Assembly (NCBI GenBank): GCA_003280575.1
Contig: QCEN01000009.1
Location: 25 to 64,024, forward strand
From: Prochlorococcus sp. AG-355-P07
Lineage (GTDB): Bacteria; Cyanobacteriota; Cyanobacteriia; PCC-6307; Cyanobiaceae
DNA length: 64,000 nucleotides
Direction of reading: 5' to 3'
In this document: one piece after another, positions 30,117 through 41,132 of the stretch
How positions within the stretch are numbered: position 1 is the stretch's first letter
Layout: every line of letters begins with the position of its first letter
The notes under the pieces: generated by a model
Seen by the model: the letters and a program-made list of their open reading frames with translations, nothing else
Told to the model about the DNA's origin: nothing
Database searches by the model: none
Position numbers and translations under genes: made by a program

Positions 30117-30181
30117 TTCAGAAATATCTAAGATTTTGAATTATTTTAAAATTAATTTTTTAAAAAGACGAATTTAAAAGA

Positions 30182-31957
30182 TTAGTCTTCACAATTAACA
30201 TATCCAACCATTTGAGCATTACTTTTGCCAGGAGGAACCATTGGATAACAATTTTCACCTCTTCTGACAAGAATATTAATCAAGGCAGGGCCGTCATGAT
30301 CAAGCGCATTTTTTAATTCATTCTGTAATTGTTTTCTATCAGAAATCAAGTATCCTTTAACTCCAAAAGATTCAGCAAGTTTTACAAAATCAGGTTCACC
30401 ACAACTCATATCAGATGAAGAATATCTTTCATCGTAGAAGCTTTCCTGCCATTGCCTTACCATCCCTTGCCAGCGATTATTTATAATAATTAATTTTACC
30501 TTTAGACCATATTGAGATAAAGTTCCTAATTCTTGAATATTCATTAAGACACTTGCATCTCCTGCAATACAAATTACATCTGAATTAGGTAAGGCTGCTT
30601 TTACTCCAATTGCAGCTGGCAATCCAAAACCCATAGTTCCTAGGCCTGCACTACTAATCCATTTTCTTGGAGAATTTCTAAGATATTGAGCTGCCCACAT
30701 CTGATGTTGTCCTACATCTGTAGTTACATAAGCTTCGGGTAAAAGTTCCCTCACTTTTAAAAGAACCTCCTGAGGATAAATTTCTCCTTCTTTAGGTGGG
30801 TCATATAAAGGGTGTTTATTTTTCCAAAAATCAATTTTTTCTAACCAGTTTTTCGTCTGAAATGTAAATTTTTTATTTAAAGATTGTTCATTAATTTTAA
30901 GAACAGCTTTTGAAACATCAGAAACAATTGCAACATCTACGCGTCTATTTTTATTAACTTCTGCCGGGTCAATATCTATGTGAATTACCTTTGCTTTAGG
31001 TGCAAAAGTATCTAATTTTTCTGTCACCCTATCATCGAATCTAGCTCCAATAGCAATTAAAAGATCACATTCTGTAACAGCGAAATTTGCATAAGCAGTT
31101 CCATGCATTCCTAACATCCCTACTGATAAATTGTCTTTTTCATCAAAAGCACCTTTCCCCATTAACGTTGTGGTAACTGGTATTTGATAATTCTTAGCCA
31201 AAGTTTTTATTTCATCATGAGCCCCTGAAGATATTGCCCCACCTCCTACGTATAGAAGAGGTCTTACAGAATCTTCTATTAATTTAATTGCTTTATTGAT
31301 ATCGCAATCATTAATTTCTCCATTCCTTTTAAATCCTTTAGGAACAATCTCACCAGGCAAAACTCTCTGGTAATTAAAGAACTCCTGACCAACATCTTTG
31401 GGTATATCAATTAAGACTGGGCCTGGTCTTCCAGAAGAGGCTATAAAAAAAGCTTCAGAGACTACTTTCGCGATATCTGAAGGATCTCTTACTACCCATG
31501 AATGTTTCACTATTGGGAGAGTAATACCAAAAATATCAGTTTCTTGAAAAGCGTCTGTGCCGATAGCAGGTCTTGGGACTTGACCTGTAACTACAACTAG
31601 GGGGACTGAATCCATTTGCGCAGTGGCAATTCCAGTTACCAAATTTGTTGCACCTGGGCCTGAGGTCCCAAAACATACTCCTACCTCACCAGTAGATCTT
31701 GCATATCCATCAGCTGCGTGTGAACCACCTTGTTCATGCCTAACCATATAATGCTTTAACCAACCTTCTTGTTCTGCTTTATGAACAGCATCATATATTG
31801 GTAGTATGGCTCCTCCCGGATATCCAAATATAACTTTTACTCCATGAATTTTTAAAGAATCCATTAGTGCATCTGCACCAGTTATCCGAACTGGATTTTC
31901 ATGTTTTGAATTACCCTTTGAAAAGGATCTCGAAGTAAGGGTCACTAAAAAATTCAA
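30182..31957 (-). CDS. ilvB: Acetolactate synthase large subunit (ThDP-dependent)
   Basis: 591 aa maximal ORF; [13 protein letters not shown] and [14 protein letters not shown] motifs. Start (TTG 31957 or GTG 31945) uncertain. Confidence 0.92.
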   Translation of the reverse strand: MNFLVTLTSRSFSKGNSKHENPVRITGADALMDSLKIHGVKVIFGYPGGAILPIYDAVHKAEQEGWLKHYMVRHEQGGSHAADGYARSTGEVGVCFGTSGPGATNLVTGIATAQMDSVPLVVVTGQVPRPAIGTDAFQETDIFGITLPIVKHSWVVRDPSDIAKVVSEAFFIASSGRPGPVLIDIPKDVGQEFFNYQRVLPGEIVPKGFKRNGEINDCDINKAIKLIEDSVRPLLYVGGGAISSGAHDEIKTLAKNYQIPVTTTLMGKGAFDEKDNLSVGMLGMHGTAYANFAVTECDLLIAIGARFDDRVTEKLDTFAPKAKVIHIDIDPAEVNKNRRVDVAIVSDVSKAVLKINEQSLNKKFTFQTKNWLEKIDFWKNKHPLYDPPKEGEIYPQEVLLKVRELLPEAYVTTDVGQHQMWAAQYLRNSPRKWISSAGLGTMGFGLPAAIGVKAALPNSDVICIAGDASVLMNIQELGTLSQYGLKVKLIIINNRWQGMVRQWQESFYDERYSSSDMSCGEPDFVKLAESFGVKGYLISDRKQLQNELKNALDHDGPALINILVRRGENCYPMVPPGKSNAQMVGYVNCED

Positions 31958-32079
31958 TATTTACTATAAATATTAAACTTAATTAATTACTTTTGCCTCA
32001 TTTAGAAATGTAATGTCAGAAATTTATTCAGAAAAATCTTTGAAGAAATTTAAAATTTTCAAATAAATATCAAATTTTT

Positions 32080-33255
32080 TTATAAGATGCCAAGTTTATG
32101 TAGAGGGCCAGAGCCTGAAATAAGTTCAATAAAAAGCACAAGAAAAATAATCATTGCAACCCTTCCGTTCCAGACCTCTGAACTATTATTCCAACCCCAT
32201 TGCCACTTCTCTTGGGGATAAAGTTTAACTTTTTCAGGTAACTGAGAAGCTTCCTCTATATTAATTAGAGGTCCTTCCAAACAGGAAATCACTAGATCAC
32301 TAAGTCCTTCAATAAAGGTAGGATGAGTATTTAAAGCCTTAACTCTCCGAAAGTTTTTAACACCAGCTTTTTCAGCTATTTCTTTATATTCAATATCAAT
32401 TTCTTGCAATGTTTCTATATGCTCTCCAACGAAACTTATAGGGACCACAATCAGATCATTAACATTTGACCTTCCGAGTTCAGCTAACACTTCTTCTGTA
32501 TAAGGCTTCAACCATTCAACAGGACCAACTCTACTTTGATAAGAAAGTGTATGAGGATTACTATGGCCTAAACATTTTTCCAGCTCATTTATAATCAACA
32601 AAGAACAATCTTCAATTTGTTGTTTATAAGGGTCTCCAGCTTCCTCAACGTAACTCTTAGGGACTCCATGGGCAGTAAAAAATATATGAGCTTTTGAAGG
32701 TGATTCACAAAGTGAAATTTGTTCAGAAATTAATTCGACCATAGACTTTAGATAACCTGATTGACTGAACCAACTTCTTACACATCTCATTGGAACCTTC
32801 TTAAATTCATCATCAGAATCTCGCAATTTTTTTAATTCTCTAAAGCTCGAACCACTAGTACTTATCGAAAAATGTGGATACAAGGGTATTACAACAACTT
32901 GATCTATGCCATCTGCTTTCATATCAGCAATAGCTGATTCTGTAAAAGGATGCCAATACCTCATAGCTATATAGGTAGTAGCATTAAGTCCCTTGTTCCT
33001 TAATTTAGACTGTAATTCTCTTGCTTGTTGTTCAGTTATCCTTCTTATAGGTGACCCTCCACCAATAGAAAGGTATGCCTGTTGTGAAGTAGTACTCCTA
33101 AGCGTACTAATTAACCAAGCTAGGGGTTTTTGAAATACAGGAAAAGGAGTCCTGATTATTTCTGGATCAGAAAAAAGATTGTATAAGAATGGGCCAACAT
33201 CAGTAATGCGTTCAGGCCCTCCTAAATTCATTAATAAGACGCCTATTTTATCCAT
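32080..33255 (-). CDS. hemH: Ferrochelatase with C-terminal CAB/LHC-like membrane helix
   Basis: 391 aa, [15 protein letters not shown]...; C-terminal [22 protein letters not shown] chlorophyll-binding-type motif typical of cyanobacterial HemH. Confidence 0.93.
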   Translation of the reverse strand: MDKIGVLLMNLGGPERITDVGPFLYNLFSDPEIIRTPFPVFQKPLAWLISTLRSTTSQQAYLSIGGGSPIRRITEQQARELQSKLRNKGLNATTYIAMRYWHPFTESAIADMKADGIDQVVVIPLYPHFSISTSGSSFRELKKLRDSDDEFKKVPMRCVRSWFSQSGYLKSMVELISEQISLCESPSKAHIFFTAHGVPKSYVEEAGDPYKQQIEDCSLLIINELEKCLGHSNPHTLSYQSRVGPVEWLKPYTEEVLAELGRSNVNDLIVVPISFVGEHIETLQEIDIEYKEIAEKAGVKNFRRVKALNTHPTFIEGLSDLVISCLEGPLINIEEASQLPEKVKLYPQEKWQWGWNNSSEVWNGRVAMIIFLVLFIELISGSGPLHKLGIL

Positions 33256-33320
33256 TTAAAATTTATGAAGATTGAAAATCAACATTAAAAACGTCATTAT
33301 ATGGTCAATTATATAAGTAA

Positions 33321-34490
33321 ATGAACGTAATTCAGGAAATTAATAATGTCAATGATAAATTTGCTACTCAGGGCAGCAAGCTTAAAATTGAAAAAAGAGG
33401 AGAGAAATTAAATATTCGTGGTTCACTACCCTCCAAAGAAGATAAAAATAACTTTAAAATTCAAAGAATATCTCTTGGTTTAAAGGCTGATATTTCTGGA
33501 TTAGAAGAGGCCAAAAAAAAATTACAATTAATCAATTTGCAATTGGAATTGAATCAATTTGATTGGATTAATTGGATAAGCAACCCTTATAAAAATCAAA
33601 TAAAAGACGGTTTTGAATTCCCAAGTAGATTAAATCAATTTGAGGAATTTTTTTTTAAAGAAAACAAAAGTGATTTTCGAACCAGCACTAGAAAAACCAC
33701 TTGGAGAAGTTCTTACAAACCATATATGAAAAGAATCCTCAATATTTACAATGATTATGAAAATGAAGCTTTAGAAAAAATATTTCAAAAAACACTTGAA
33801 AGTTACAGAGAAGGTAGCAGAAGTAGGAAACAATGCGCTACTTCTCTAAGTGTTTTGGCTAAGTTTTTGGACATTCAACTACCAGAGGATTGGAAATTAA
33901 ATTCTAAAGGATATGGTCTGAACAAAGCAGGGTTTAGGGATCTCCCCACAGACGATTTAATAGAAAAACTTTGGGAGAGGATACCAAACAAATCTTGGAA
34001 ATTTGTTTTTGGTTTGATGGCTACATATGGATTAAGAAATCATGAAGTATTTTTTTGTGATTTAAGTTCCCTAACTAATTTTGGGGACAAAATTATTAGA
34101 GTTTTACCTACTACTAAAACTGGGGAACATCAAGTTTGGCCATTTCATCCTGAATGGGTGGAAAAGTTCGAATTATTAAAACTTGGTGAAAATCCAGAGT
34201 TACTACCAAATGTCAATAGAGACCTTAAAATCACAACCTTACAAAATATTGGGAAAAAAATTACAGATCAATTTAAACGTTACTCTTTACAAATAAAACC
34301 CTATGACCTCAGGCATGCTTGGGCGGTGAGAACAATTTTTTATGATTTACCAGATACTGTTGCTGCAAGAATGATGGGACATTCAGTGAGTCTTCATACT
34401 CAAACTTATCACCACTGGATTACTAAAAGAGATCAACAAAAGGCAGTTAATAATGCACTTTTAAAGGTTAAGAGGTCTAAAAATACTTAA
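33321..34490 (+). CDS. Tyrosine recombinase / phage-integrase-family protein (orphan, no flanking mobile-element signs)
   Basis: C-terminal catalytic-domain pattern: GLRNHE, YDLRHAWAVR (H-x-x-R) and MGHS...TQTYHHW (His...Tyr). Confidence 0.75.
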   Translation: MNVIQEINNVNDKFATQGSKLKIEKRGEKLNIRGSLPSKEDKNNFKIQRISLGLKADISGLEEAKKKLQLINLQLELNQFDWINWISNPYKNQIKDGFEFPSRLNQFEEFFFKENKSDFRTSTRKTTWRSSYKPYMKRILNIYNDYENEALEKIFQKTLESYREGSRSRKQCATSLSVLAKFLDIQLPEDWKLNSKGYGLNKAGFRDLPTDDLIEKLWERIPNKSWKFVFGLMATYGLRNHEVFFCDLSSLTNFGDKIIRVLPTTKTGEHQVWPFHPEWVEKFELLKLGENPELLPNVNRDLKITTLQNIGKKITDQFKRYSLQIKPYDLRHAWAVRTIFYDLPDTVAARMMGHSVSLHTQTYHHWITKRDQQKAVNNALLKVKRSKNT

Positions 34491-34516
34491 AGAACTATAA
34501 TCATTAAATAAAAAAT

Positions 34517-35218
34517 TTGAGTTATATGCAGGAAAAACCTTCATCGTCTGAGAAAATATTCAACCTCGATAATCAAGCAAATAAACTGGGAATGGGAGGC
34601 AACCTATCACCAGAGAGTGATGAGGTCTTATATAAAAAAAGAATGCAGAAAAGAAAAGATATTCAAGCCGAAAGACTTCAAATTAGAAAAACAAAAAAAG
34701 GATTATTGATTGTTTTTACTGGGAATGGCAAGGGCAAAACGACTGCTGCTCTAGGTATGGCTTTAAGAACGATAGGGCATGGTTATAAAGTAGCAATCAT
34801 TCAATTTATAAAAGGAGGCTGGACCACTGGAGAAGAAAAAGCACTTAAAAATTTGTCTTCAAACATATCTTGGCATTCATTAGGAGAAGGTTTTACTTGG
34901 GAAACACAAGACAGAATAAGGGATAAACAATTAGTTCAAGAGGCGTGGCAACTAGCCAAAAAATACATACAAAACGAATCTTATAAACTTATCATTCTTG
35001 ATGAAATTAATATTGCGACAAAACTTGGTTATCTTGCACCCGAAGAAATAATCACTTTTTTAAAAAGCTTAAATAATAGAAGAAATCATATTGTTTTAAC
35101 TGGAAGGGGAGCATCTGATTTAATAATCAATTACGCTGATCTGGTTACAGAAATGAAACTAATAAGACATCCTTTTAAAGAGCAAGGAATAAAAGCACAA
35201 AAGTGTGTTGAATTTTAG
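34517..35218 (+). CDS. cobO: Cob(I)yrinic acid a,c-diamide adenosyltransferase (CobO/BtuR)
   Basis: GNGKGKTTAALG P-loop and LDEIN motif. TTG start. Confidence 0.85.
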   Translation: MSYMQEKPSSSEKIFNLDNQANKLGMGGNLSPESDEVLYKKRMQKRKDIQAERLQIRKTKKGLLIVFTGNGKGKTTAALGMALRTIGHGYKVAIIQFIKGGWTTGEEKALKNLSSNISWHSLGEGFTWETQDRIRDKQLVQEAWQLAKKYIQNESYKLIILDEINIATKLGYLAPEEIITFLKSLNNRRNHIVLTGRGASDLIINYADLVTEMKLIRHPFKEQGIKAQKCVEF

Positions 35219-35345
35219 TTGAAATAAATTTTTATTTGAATTTTATTTAGGCAGGTTTAGAAATGTTTAAAGACGCAAGCAATATCAGAACAAAAAATAA
35301 ATTTGGCACATTTACTTGCTAAGGTCTTAAAAGTACAATCATTGA

Positions 35346-36050
35346 ATGACTTACAAAAGAGTTCTCTTAAAACTTAGTGGTGAAGCACTAATGGGTGAAA
35401 AACCTTACGGTATTGATCCTGCTATAGTTCAGTCAATTGCAGAGGATGTTTCAAAAGTAGTCGAAAATAATGTACAACTTGCAATAGTTGTTGGCGGTGG
35501 GAACATTTTTAGGGGGCTTAAAGGATCTGCAGACGGAATGGATCGCGCGACTGCTGATTATGTAGGGATGCTAGCAACAGTAATGAACGCGATTTCACTT
35601 CAAGATGGTCTTGAAAGAGTTGGAGTTGCAACCAGAGTGCAAACAGCAATCGAAATGCAGGAAATTGCCGAACCCTACATCAGAAGAAGAGCCATGAGGC
35701 ACCTAGAAAAAGGTAGAGTTGTAGTTTTCGGAGGTGGATGCGGAAATCCATTTTTTACAACTGACACTACGGCTGCTTTGAGGGCAGCAGAGATAAACGC
35801 TGAAGTTGTTATGAAGGCTACTAAAGTTGATGGAGTATACGATCGTGATCCTAATCAATTTAAAGATGCAAAAAAATATTCTGCTCTCAGTTATCAACAA
35901 GTTCTTAGTGATGAAATTGCAGTAATGGATAGTACTGCCATTGCACTTTGCAAAGATAATAATATCCCAATTATGGTTTTTGATATATTCAAAAAAGGAA
36001 ATATTTCCAAAGCTGTTGCTGGTGAGCCAATAGGCTCTTTAATTAGTTAA
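35346..36050 (+). CDS. pyrH: Uridylate (UMP) kinase
   Basis: 234 aa, [15 protein letters not shown]; canonical PyrH, followed by frr. Confidence 0.95.
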   Translation: MTYKRVLLKLSGEALMGEKPYGIDPAIVQSIAEDVSKVVENNVQLAIVVGGGNIFRGLKGSADGMDRATADYVGMLATVMNAISLQDGLERVGVATRVQTAIEMQEIAEPYIRRRAMRHLEKGRVVVFGGGCGNPFFTTDTTAALRAAEINAEVVMKATKVDGVYDRDPNQFKDAKKYSALSYQQVLSDEIAVMDSTAIALCKDNNIPIMVFDIFKKGNISKAVAGEPIGSLIS

Positions 36051-36072
36051 AGATCATTTAATTTTTTTAATT

Positions 36073-36621
36073 ATGAAAGAAAAAGAAATTCAAGAAAATA
36101 TGAATAAAAGTATTGAAGCCACACAAAGAAACTTTAATACAATAAGGACAGGCAGAGCTAATGCTTCCTTGTTAGATAGAGTAAGTGTTGAGTATTATGG
36201 AGCAGAAACACCAATCAAATCGCTTGCCACTATAAGCACTGTTGATTCGCAAACAATTTCAATACAACCTTTCGATATTTCATGTTTACAAGCGATAGAG
36301 AAATCTATTTCTATGAGTGATTTAGGTATTACTCCAAATAATGATGGGAAAGTAATAAGAATAAATGTTCCTCCTTTAACAGAAGAAAGAAGAAAAGAAT
36401 TTTGTAAATTAGCCTCTAAATATGCAGAGGAAGGAAAAGTAGCTTTGAGAAATATCAGAAGAGATGCTGTTGATAAAGAAAAAAAAGACGAAAAAGATGG
36501 CCTTATTTCTATTGACGAATCGAGAGATAATCAATCTGAAATTCAGAAAATTACTGATAAATATATTGCTTTAATAGAAACTAAATTATCTGAAAAAGAG
36601 AAGGAAATTCTAAAAGTTTGA
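36073..36621 (+). CDS. frr: Ribosome recycling factor
   Basis: 182 aa; [11 protein letters not shown] motif. Confidence 0.95.
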   Translation: MKEKEIQENMNKSIEATQRNFNTIRTGRANASLLDRVSVEYYGAETPIKSLATISTVDSQTISIQPFDISCLQAIEKSISMSDLGITPNNDGKVIRINVPPLTEERRKEFCKLASKYAEEGKVALRNIRRDAVDKEKKDEKDGLISIDESRDNQSEIQKITDKYIALIETKLSEKEKEILKV

Positions 36622-37754
36622 TAGGATTTGACGTTGTAATAATTGGTGGAGGTTTATCAGGATCTTCCACCGCTCTTAACCTATCAAAGAAAGGATATTC
36701 AGTTTTAATTATTGAAAAAGAAAAATCCCAAGATTACAAACCATGTGCAGGGGGGATGGCATCTTCAATGCAAAGATTTCTTCCTTTGGATATTGAAGAT
36801 TGCATAGAATCAAAAATTAAGAATGTTGAATTCAGATGGAAGGCAGCCGATAATGTAACTGCTGATCTGACGGGTGAATCCCCATTTTGGATTGTTAAAA
36901 GAGAAAAACTAGATCAATTATTACTTGAAGAATCCTTGAGTAATGGAGCTCAGATAATGAGACCATTATTGATAGAAAAAATTATAAAAAAAAATGATAA
37001 ATGGGAAATTACTTGCAATAACAAAATAAAATATATTACAGAATTTCTTGTAATTGCAGATGGCTCCCAATCCATGTGGGCGAGTTATTTCAATTTAGGG
37101 CCACGAAAACCGAAATTTGCTAACACACTCTCATTAAGATTAAAAGGTTTAGGGGAAATACCTAGAGATGCAGTTAGGTTTGAGTTTGGATTTATAAAAT
37201 ATGGCTTTGCATGGGCATTCCCCCTAAGAGAAAACTTAAATATTGGTTTAGGTACTTTTATAAATAATGGTCTTTTAGAAAATCAGGCTATAAATAAACA
37301 AGTAATCAGAAGCTTCGGTTTTGATGATTTTCCTCATAAAACAATTATTAAGAAACTAAGAATATGGAATGGCTTCCACTCAATTAATGGTGACAGAGTT
37401 TTAGCGGTTGGAGATGCCGCATCTCTATGTGATCCATTTTTAGCTGAAGGAATTAGACCATCTTTAATTAGTAGTTTTTATGCCGCAGAATACATAGATC
37501 AGTGCATATCAGGAAAAGTAGATGATTTAAATCTTTATACAAAAAAAATTAACAACATCTGGGGGAAATCAATGGCTTGGGGGAGGAGAATAGCCCAAGT
37601 ATTTTATAGATTTCCCAGAACTGGATATCAATTAGGTGTCAAAAGAAAAACCGCACCTAAACGTATTGCTCAAATATTATCAGGAGAAATGAGTTATGAA
37701 GATATTGCAAAAAGAGTTATCAGAAGGTTTTTAACAAAAAGTGGGCCTAAATAG
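36618..37754 (+). CDS. FAD-dependent oxidoreductase, geranylgeranyl-reductase-like
   Basis: [12 protein letters not shown] dinucleotide-binding N-terminus and GDAA motif. 4-nt overlap with frr. Confidence 0.7.
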   Translation: MIGFDVVIIGGGLSGSSTALNLSKKGYSVLIIEKEKSQDYKPCAGGMASSMQRFLPLDIEDCIESKIKNVEFRWKAADNVTADLTGESPFWIVKREKLDQLLLEESLSNGAQIMRPLLIEKIIKKNDKWEITCNNKIKYITEFLVIADGSQSMWASYFNLGPRKPKFANTLSLRLKGLGEIPRDAVRFEFGFIKYGFAWAFPLRENLNIGLGTFINNGLLENQAINKQVIRSFGFDDFPHKTIIKKLRIWNGFHSINGDRVLAVGDAASLCDPFLAEGIRPSLISSFYAAEYIDQCISGKVDDLNLYTKKINNIWGKSMAWGRRIAQVFYRFPRTGYQLGVKRKTAPKRIAQILSGEMSYEDIAKRVIRRFLTKSGPK

Positions 37755-37775
37755 TTTTTCAATTCAAACTTAAAT

Positions 37776-38777
37776 TTAGTTAGCAGAAATCAATTTATGA
37801 TTTTTAATCTCTGAATATCTGTTTAGTAGCAGCTCTTCCAATTCTTCAATAGCCTTACTGAATCCAGTAATACCTTCACTAAGCTTTTCACTTGCCATTT
37901 GATCTTCTAACATACTTAATCTGAAATCTTTTTCTTCAAATTCGTAGTCAATAGAATCATTTGTTTGGGTACTTACATCTAATTTTCTAACTAACTCTCC
38001 TTTTTCTTTTTTCAGTTCCTCAAGAAATTTTGGTGCGATTGTTAAAAGATCGCAACCTGCTAGTTCTTTTATTTCATCAAGATTTCTAAAACTAGCTCCC
38101 ATTACTTCTGTCTTGAATCCCTTTTCTTTAAAGTAATTGTATATTTGAGTAACCGAAATAACACCAGGGTCTTCAGCACCAACAAAACTAGTTTTACCAG
38201 TTTTTGCTTTATGCCAATCTAATATACGGCCAACAAACGGAGAAATTAGCGTTATCTTTGCATTGGCACAAGTTACCGCTTGGCAGAAGTTAAAGAGTAA
38301 AGTTAAGTTGCACTTAATGCCCTCTTTTTCCAAAATTTCAGCTGCCTTAATTCCCTCCCAGGTCGCGGCAATTTTAATCAAGATTCTTTCCTTTTCAATT
38401 CCAAAATTTTTGTAAAGTTTGATCAATTTTCTCGCTTTTTCCACGGTAGCTTCAGTGTCAAAGCTCAGTCTTGCATCAACTTCTGTAGATACGCGACCTG
38501 AAATAATTTTCAAAATTTCTTTTCCAAAAAATACTGAAACTTGGTCAACAGTTTCTTTAATTAACTCAATTTTCGAGAATCCTAGGGGCAAGGCATTTTC
38601 TGAACTTTCTAAAGCCTTATCAATTAATTTCACATAATCAGGATTCTTAGCAGCAGCAAGTATTAGCGATGGATTAGTGGTGGCGTCCCTTGGTTGAAAC
38701 TTTTTTATCGAATCTAAATCTCCAGTATCCGCAACAACTACAGTCATTGAGGACAATTGTTCTAAAATTGATTTCAT
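37776..38777 (-). CDS. tal: Transaldolase
   Basis: TVVVADTGD and ATTNPSL motifs. The ATG at 38777 (MKSILEQL) fits the family N-terminus better than the upstream ATG at 38801. Confidence 0.92.
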   Translation of the reverse strand: MKSILEQLSSMTVVVADTGDLDSIKKFQPRDATTNPSLILAAAKNPDYVKLIDKALESSENALPLGFSKIELIKETVDQVSVFFGKEILKIISGRVSTEVDARLSFDTEATVEKARKLIKLYKNFGIEKERILIKIAATWEGIKAAEILEKEGIKCNLTLLFNFCQAVTCANAKITLISPFVGRILDWHKAKTGKTSFVGAEDPGVISVTQIYNYFKEKGFKTEVMGASFRNLDEIKELAGCDLLTIAPKFLEELKKEKGELVRKLDVSTQTNDSIDYEFEEKDFRLSMLEDQMASEKLSEGITGFSKAIEELEELLLNRYSEIKNHKLISAN

Positions 38778-38867
38778 ATCTAGATAATCATATTTATACA
38801 TAAATTAGCTTTAATTCCTGCTGAAATCATCAGTTAATGAACTAAATATTTATAAATTGGGAAAATT

Positions 38868-40622
38868 TTAGGGTTTTTTAACAATCATTCCATGGTCTTT
38901 ATTCTTAGGAGGTATTTTTTCAATTACTATCAAACTCTCGATAATTTCTCTCGCAACTGGGACTGCAACAGTTGAACCATAGGCATATGATTTAGATGGT
39001 TCATCAACTACTACAAGGACAGCATATCTCGGATCATTAACTGGTAAGGTCGCGACAAAACTGCAAACTTTTTTACTTGTGTACAAACCATTTAAGGCTT
39101 TTTGAGAAGTACCCGTTTTCCCAGCAATCCTATAACCCTCGATTTTTACTCCAGATCCACTACCTTTATCAACTACGCTCTCCATCCATTCAAGAACAGT
39201 TTTAGAGACCTCCTGTGAAAAAATTTGTTTTTTTGGATTTTTTTTAACACTTTCTTTGAAAGTTGAGGTTACATGTGGAGTTACTTCAAAACCACCATTT
39301 GCTAGAGCAGCATGAAGTTGAACCAATTTAAGTGGCGAGATTGAGAACCCTTTACCAAAAGAAGTTACAGCAGGCTCAATTGATTGATTTACAAATAAAT
39401 CTTTTCTCTTTAGTTGGCCAGCAGTTGATTCAAATAAATCAGTCTCTAAATTTTTATTTATACCTAAATTTTTTAACCAATCCCAATATATTGAGGGGTC
39501 TAAGTTTTGCATTATTTTTACCATCCCAACATTACTTGAGACCTGCAACACTTTTGGATAGTCGATGTATCCATTTCCTTTTTTATCCCAGTTAGAAAGC
39601 GTCCATCCTCCAATATTAATCTTTCCAATATCTTCAACTAATCCATCTTTCTGGATTACTTTCTCTTCTAAAGCTAAGGCAAGATTGATAGGTTTAAAAG
39701 TTGAACCAGGTTCAAATAAATCTTGAGAGTACCAACCCCGAAAAAGTTCAGAATCATAAAGCCAAAATTTATTTGGATCATATGACGGGACCGTAACCAA
39801 GGAGAGAATACGACCATTATTAACATCCATAACTATTGCGAATCCCTTCTTTGCTTTCCATTCGCTTACTTGCTTTGATAAAGCATTAAATGAAGCTTTC
39901 TGTAATTTTGAATCTATAGTTAGACCTAAACTTTTGTAATCAGAAATAAAATCACCTGGGGCTGAATTATCAGGTAGAGGAGTTCCATCTCCTCCTCTTT
40001 TTATAAAATTACTTTTGTTAAAAACTTTGATTTGATCATCTAAATGAAGCTCTAAACCTGCTGAAGCTTTATTCTCATCATTAACAAAACCGACAAGATT
40101 AGAGTAAATCTCTCCTTGTGGATAATATCTCTGCGAATATTTAAACAAATCAAGTCCGCTTATACGAAGGTTCTTGATCTTTTCTGCCTTTTCTTCAGAA
40201 ATTTTATCCAAAAGCTTGATGCCACTTGTTTTATTATTAAATTTCCTCAAAAGTATTTCATCACTAATATCCAAGATAGGTGACAATTTTTTTGTAACCT
40301 CTTCAATACTGCGAACTTTGTTAATTGAATCGCCAGGAAAATTGAAATATTTTGGATGGGCCCATAACTTATAGAGCGGTTTATCGTAAGCAATCAGTCT
40401 ATTATTTCTATCAACAATTGATCTCCTTTTTTTTAAGGAGTTAGTTTTAGAAGACTGAATTAATCTAGCTTTCCTTTGCAAATCAGATGCGTTAAAGACT
40501 TGCAATTGAACTAACCTACCAAACAAACAAAATATTAAGAGTATGCAAAAAATATAGAGAAATTTAAATCTTCTTTGATCAAGGGGTGTTAGATGAACAG
40601 TTTTTTTATATTTTTTCATCAA
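38868..40622 (-). CDS. ftsI: Penicillin-binding protein / peptidoglycan transpeptidase (FtsI-type)
   Basis: 584 aa with an N-terminal TM anchor and the STFK, SSN and KTGT motifs. Confidence 0.9.
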   Translation of the reverse strand: MMKKYKKTVHLTPLDQRRFKFLYIFCILLIFCLFGRLVQLQVFNASDLQRKARLIQSSKTNSLKKRRSIVDRNNRLIAYDKPLYKLWAHPKYFNFPGDSINKVRSIEEVTKKLSPILDISDEILLRKFNNKTSGIKLLDKISEEKAEKIKNLRISGLDLFKYSQRYYPQGEIYSNLVGFVNDENKASAGLELHLDDQIKVFNKSNFIKRGGDGTPLPDNSAPGDFISDYKSLGLTIDSKLQKASFNALSKQVSEWKAKKGFAIVMDVNNGRILSLVTVPSYDPNKFWLYDSELFRGWYSQDLFEPGSTFKPINLALALEEKVIQKDGLVEDIGKINIGGWTLSNWDKKGNGYIDYPKVLQVSSNVGMVKIMQNLDPSIYWDWLKNLGINKNLETDLFESTAGQLKRKDLFVNQSIEPAVTSFGKGFSISPLKLVQLHAALANGGFEVTPHVTSTFKESVKKNPKKQIFSQEVSKTVLEWMESVVDKGSGSGVKIEGYRIAGKTGTSQKALNGLYTSKKVCSFVATLPVNDPRYAVLVVVDEPSKSYAYGSTVAVPVAREIIESLIVIEKIPPKNKDHGMIVKKP

Positions 40623-41047
40623 TATCCTCTTTGATATTTGCTGTCACTAAAACCTTTAATGAGACTACTCAAATTTTTCTTAAATAAACTTTCTTTTTTT
40701 TCTGCAACTTTATCTAGATAGATTAAATCTTCAGGTTTAGTTTTTCTATAAATATTGAGAGACTCAAGTTCACTAATATAAAATTCCTCAATTTTAGAAA
40801 TATAATCAATGAGATTATTATTAATAGCAATTGTTTTAGATAAGGTTTTATATGTATTTGACCATTTTCTTTGGCTATCAAAAGATAAGAAAAAAAGGAT
40901 AGATATTAATACCAAAAGAGAGATATTTATTGTATCGAAAATTTGATGTATTAATTTGATATTTAGTAAGGGTATTTTATCGGAATTTTTTTTACTTTCA
41001 TATAAAACTTTTTTTTTAAAGTGAAGTTGTTTCCTATAAGGTTTCAT
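40619..41047 (-). CDS. Hypothetical single-pass membrane protein, translationally coupled to ftsI (FtsL-like position)
   Basis: 142 aa with one TM segment and a coiled-coil-like C-terminus. 4-nt overlap with the ftsI start. Confidence 0.5.
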   Translation of the reverse strand: MKPYRKQLHFKKKVLYESKKNSDKIPLLNIKLIHQIFDTINISLLVLISILFFLSFDSQRKWSNTYKTLSKTIAINNNLIDYISKIEEFYISELESLNIYRKTKPEDLIYLDKVAEKKESLFKKNLSSLIKGFSDSKYQRGY

Positions 41048-41132
41048 CTATGATTTATTTATTAAATAAAATAAGTTTTATTAATTAAATAAACATCTAT
41101 TTGTTTGATTTGCAAGTGAAAAATTAAATTCT

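Noticed and set aside
33285-33312. AT-rich inverted repeat (TTATAT-N7-ATATAA) upstream of the tyrosine recombinase, considered as a possible dif/att site
   Set aside because: It is pure A/T with 6-nt arms, which is expected by chance many times in this genome. There is no second copy and no flanking direct repeat.
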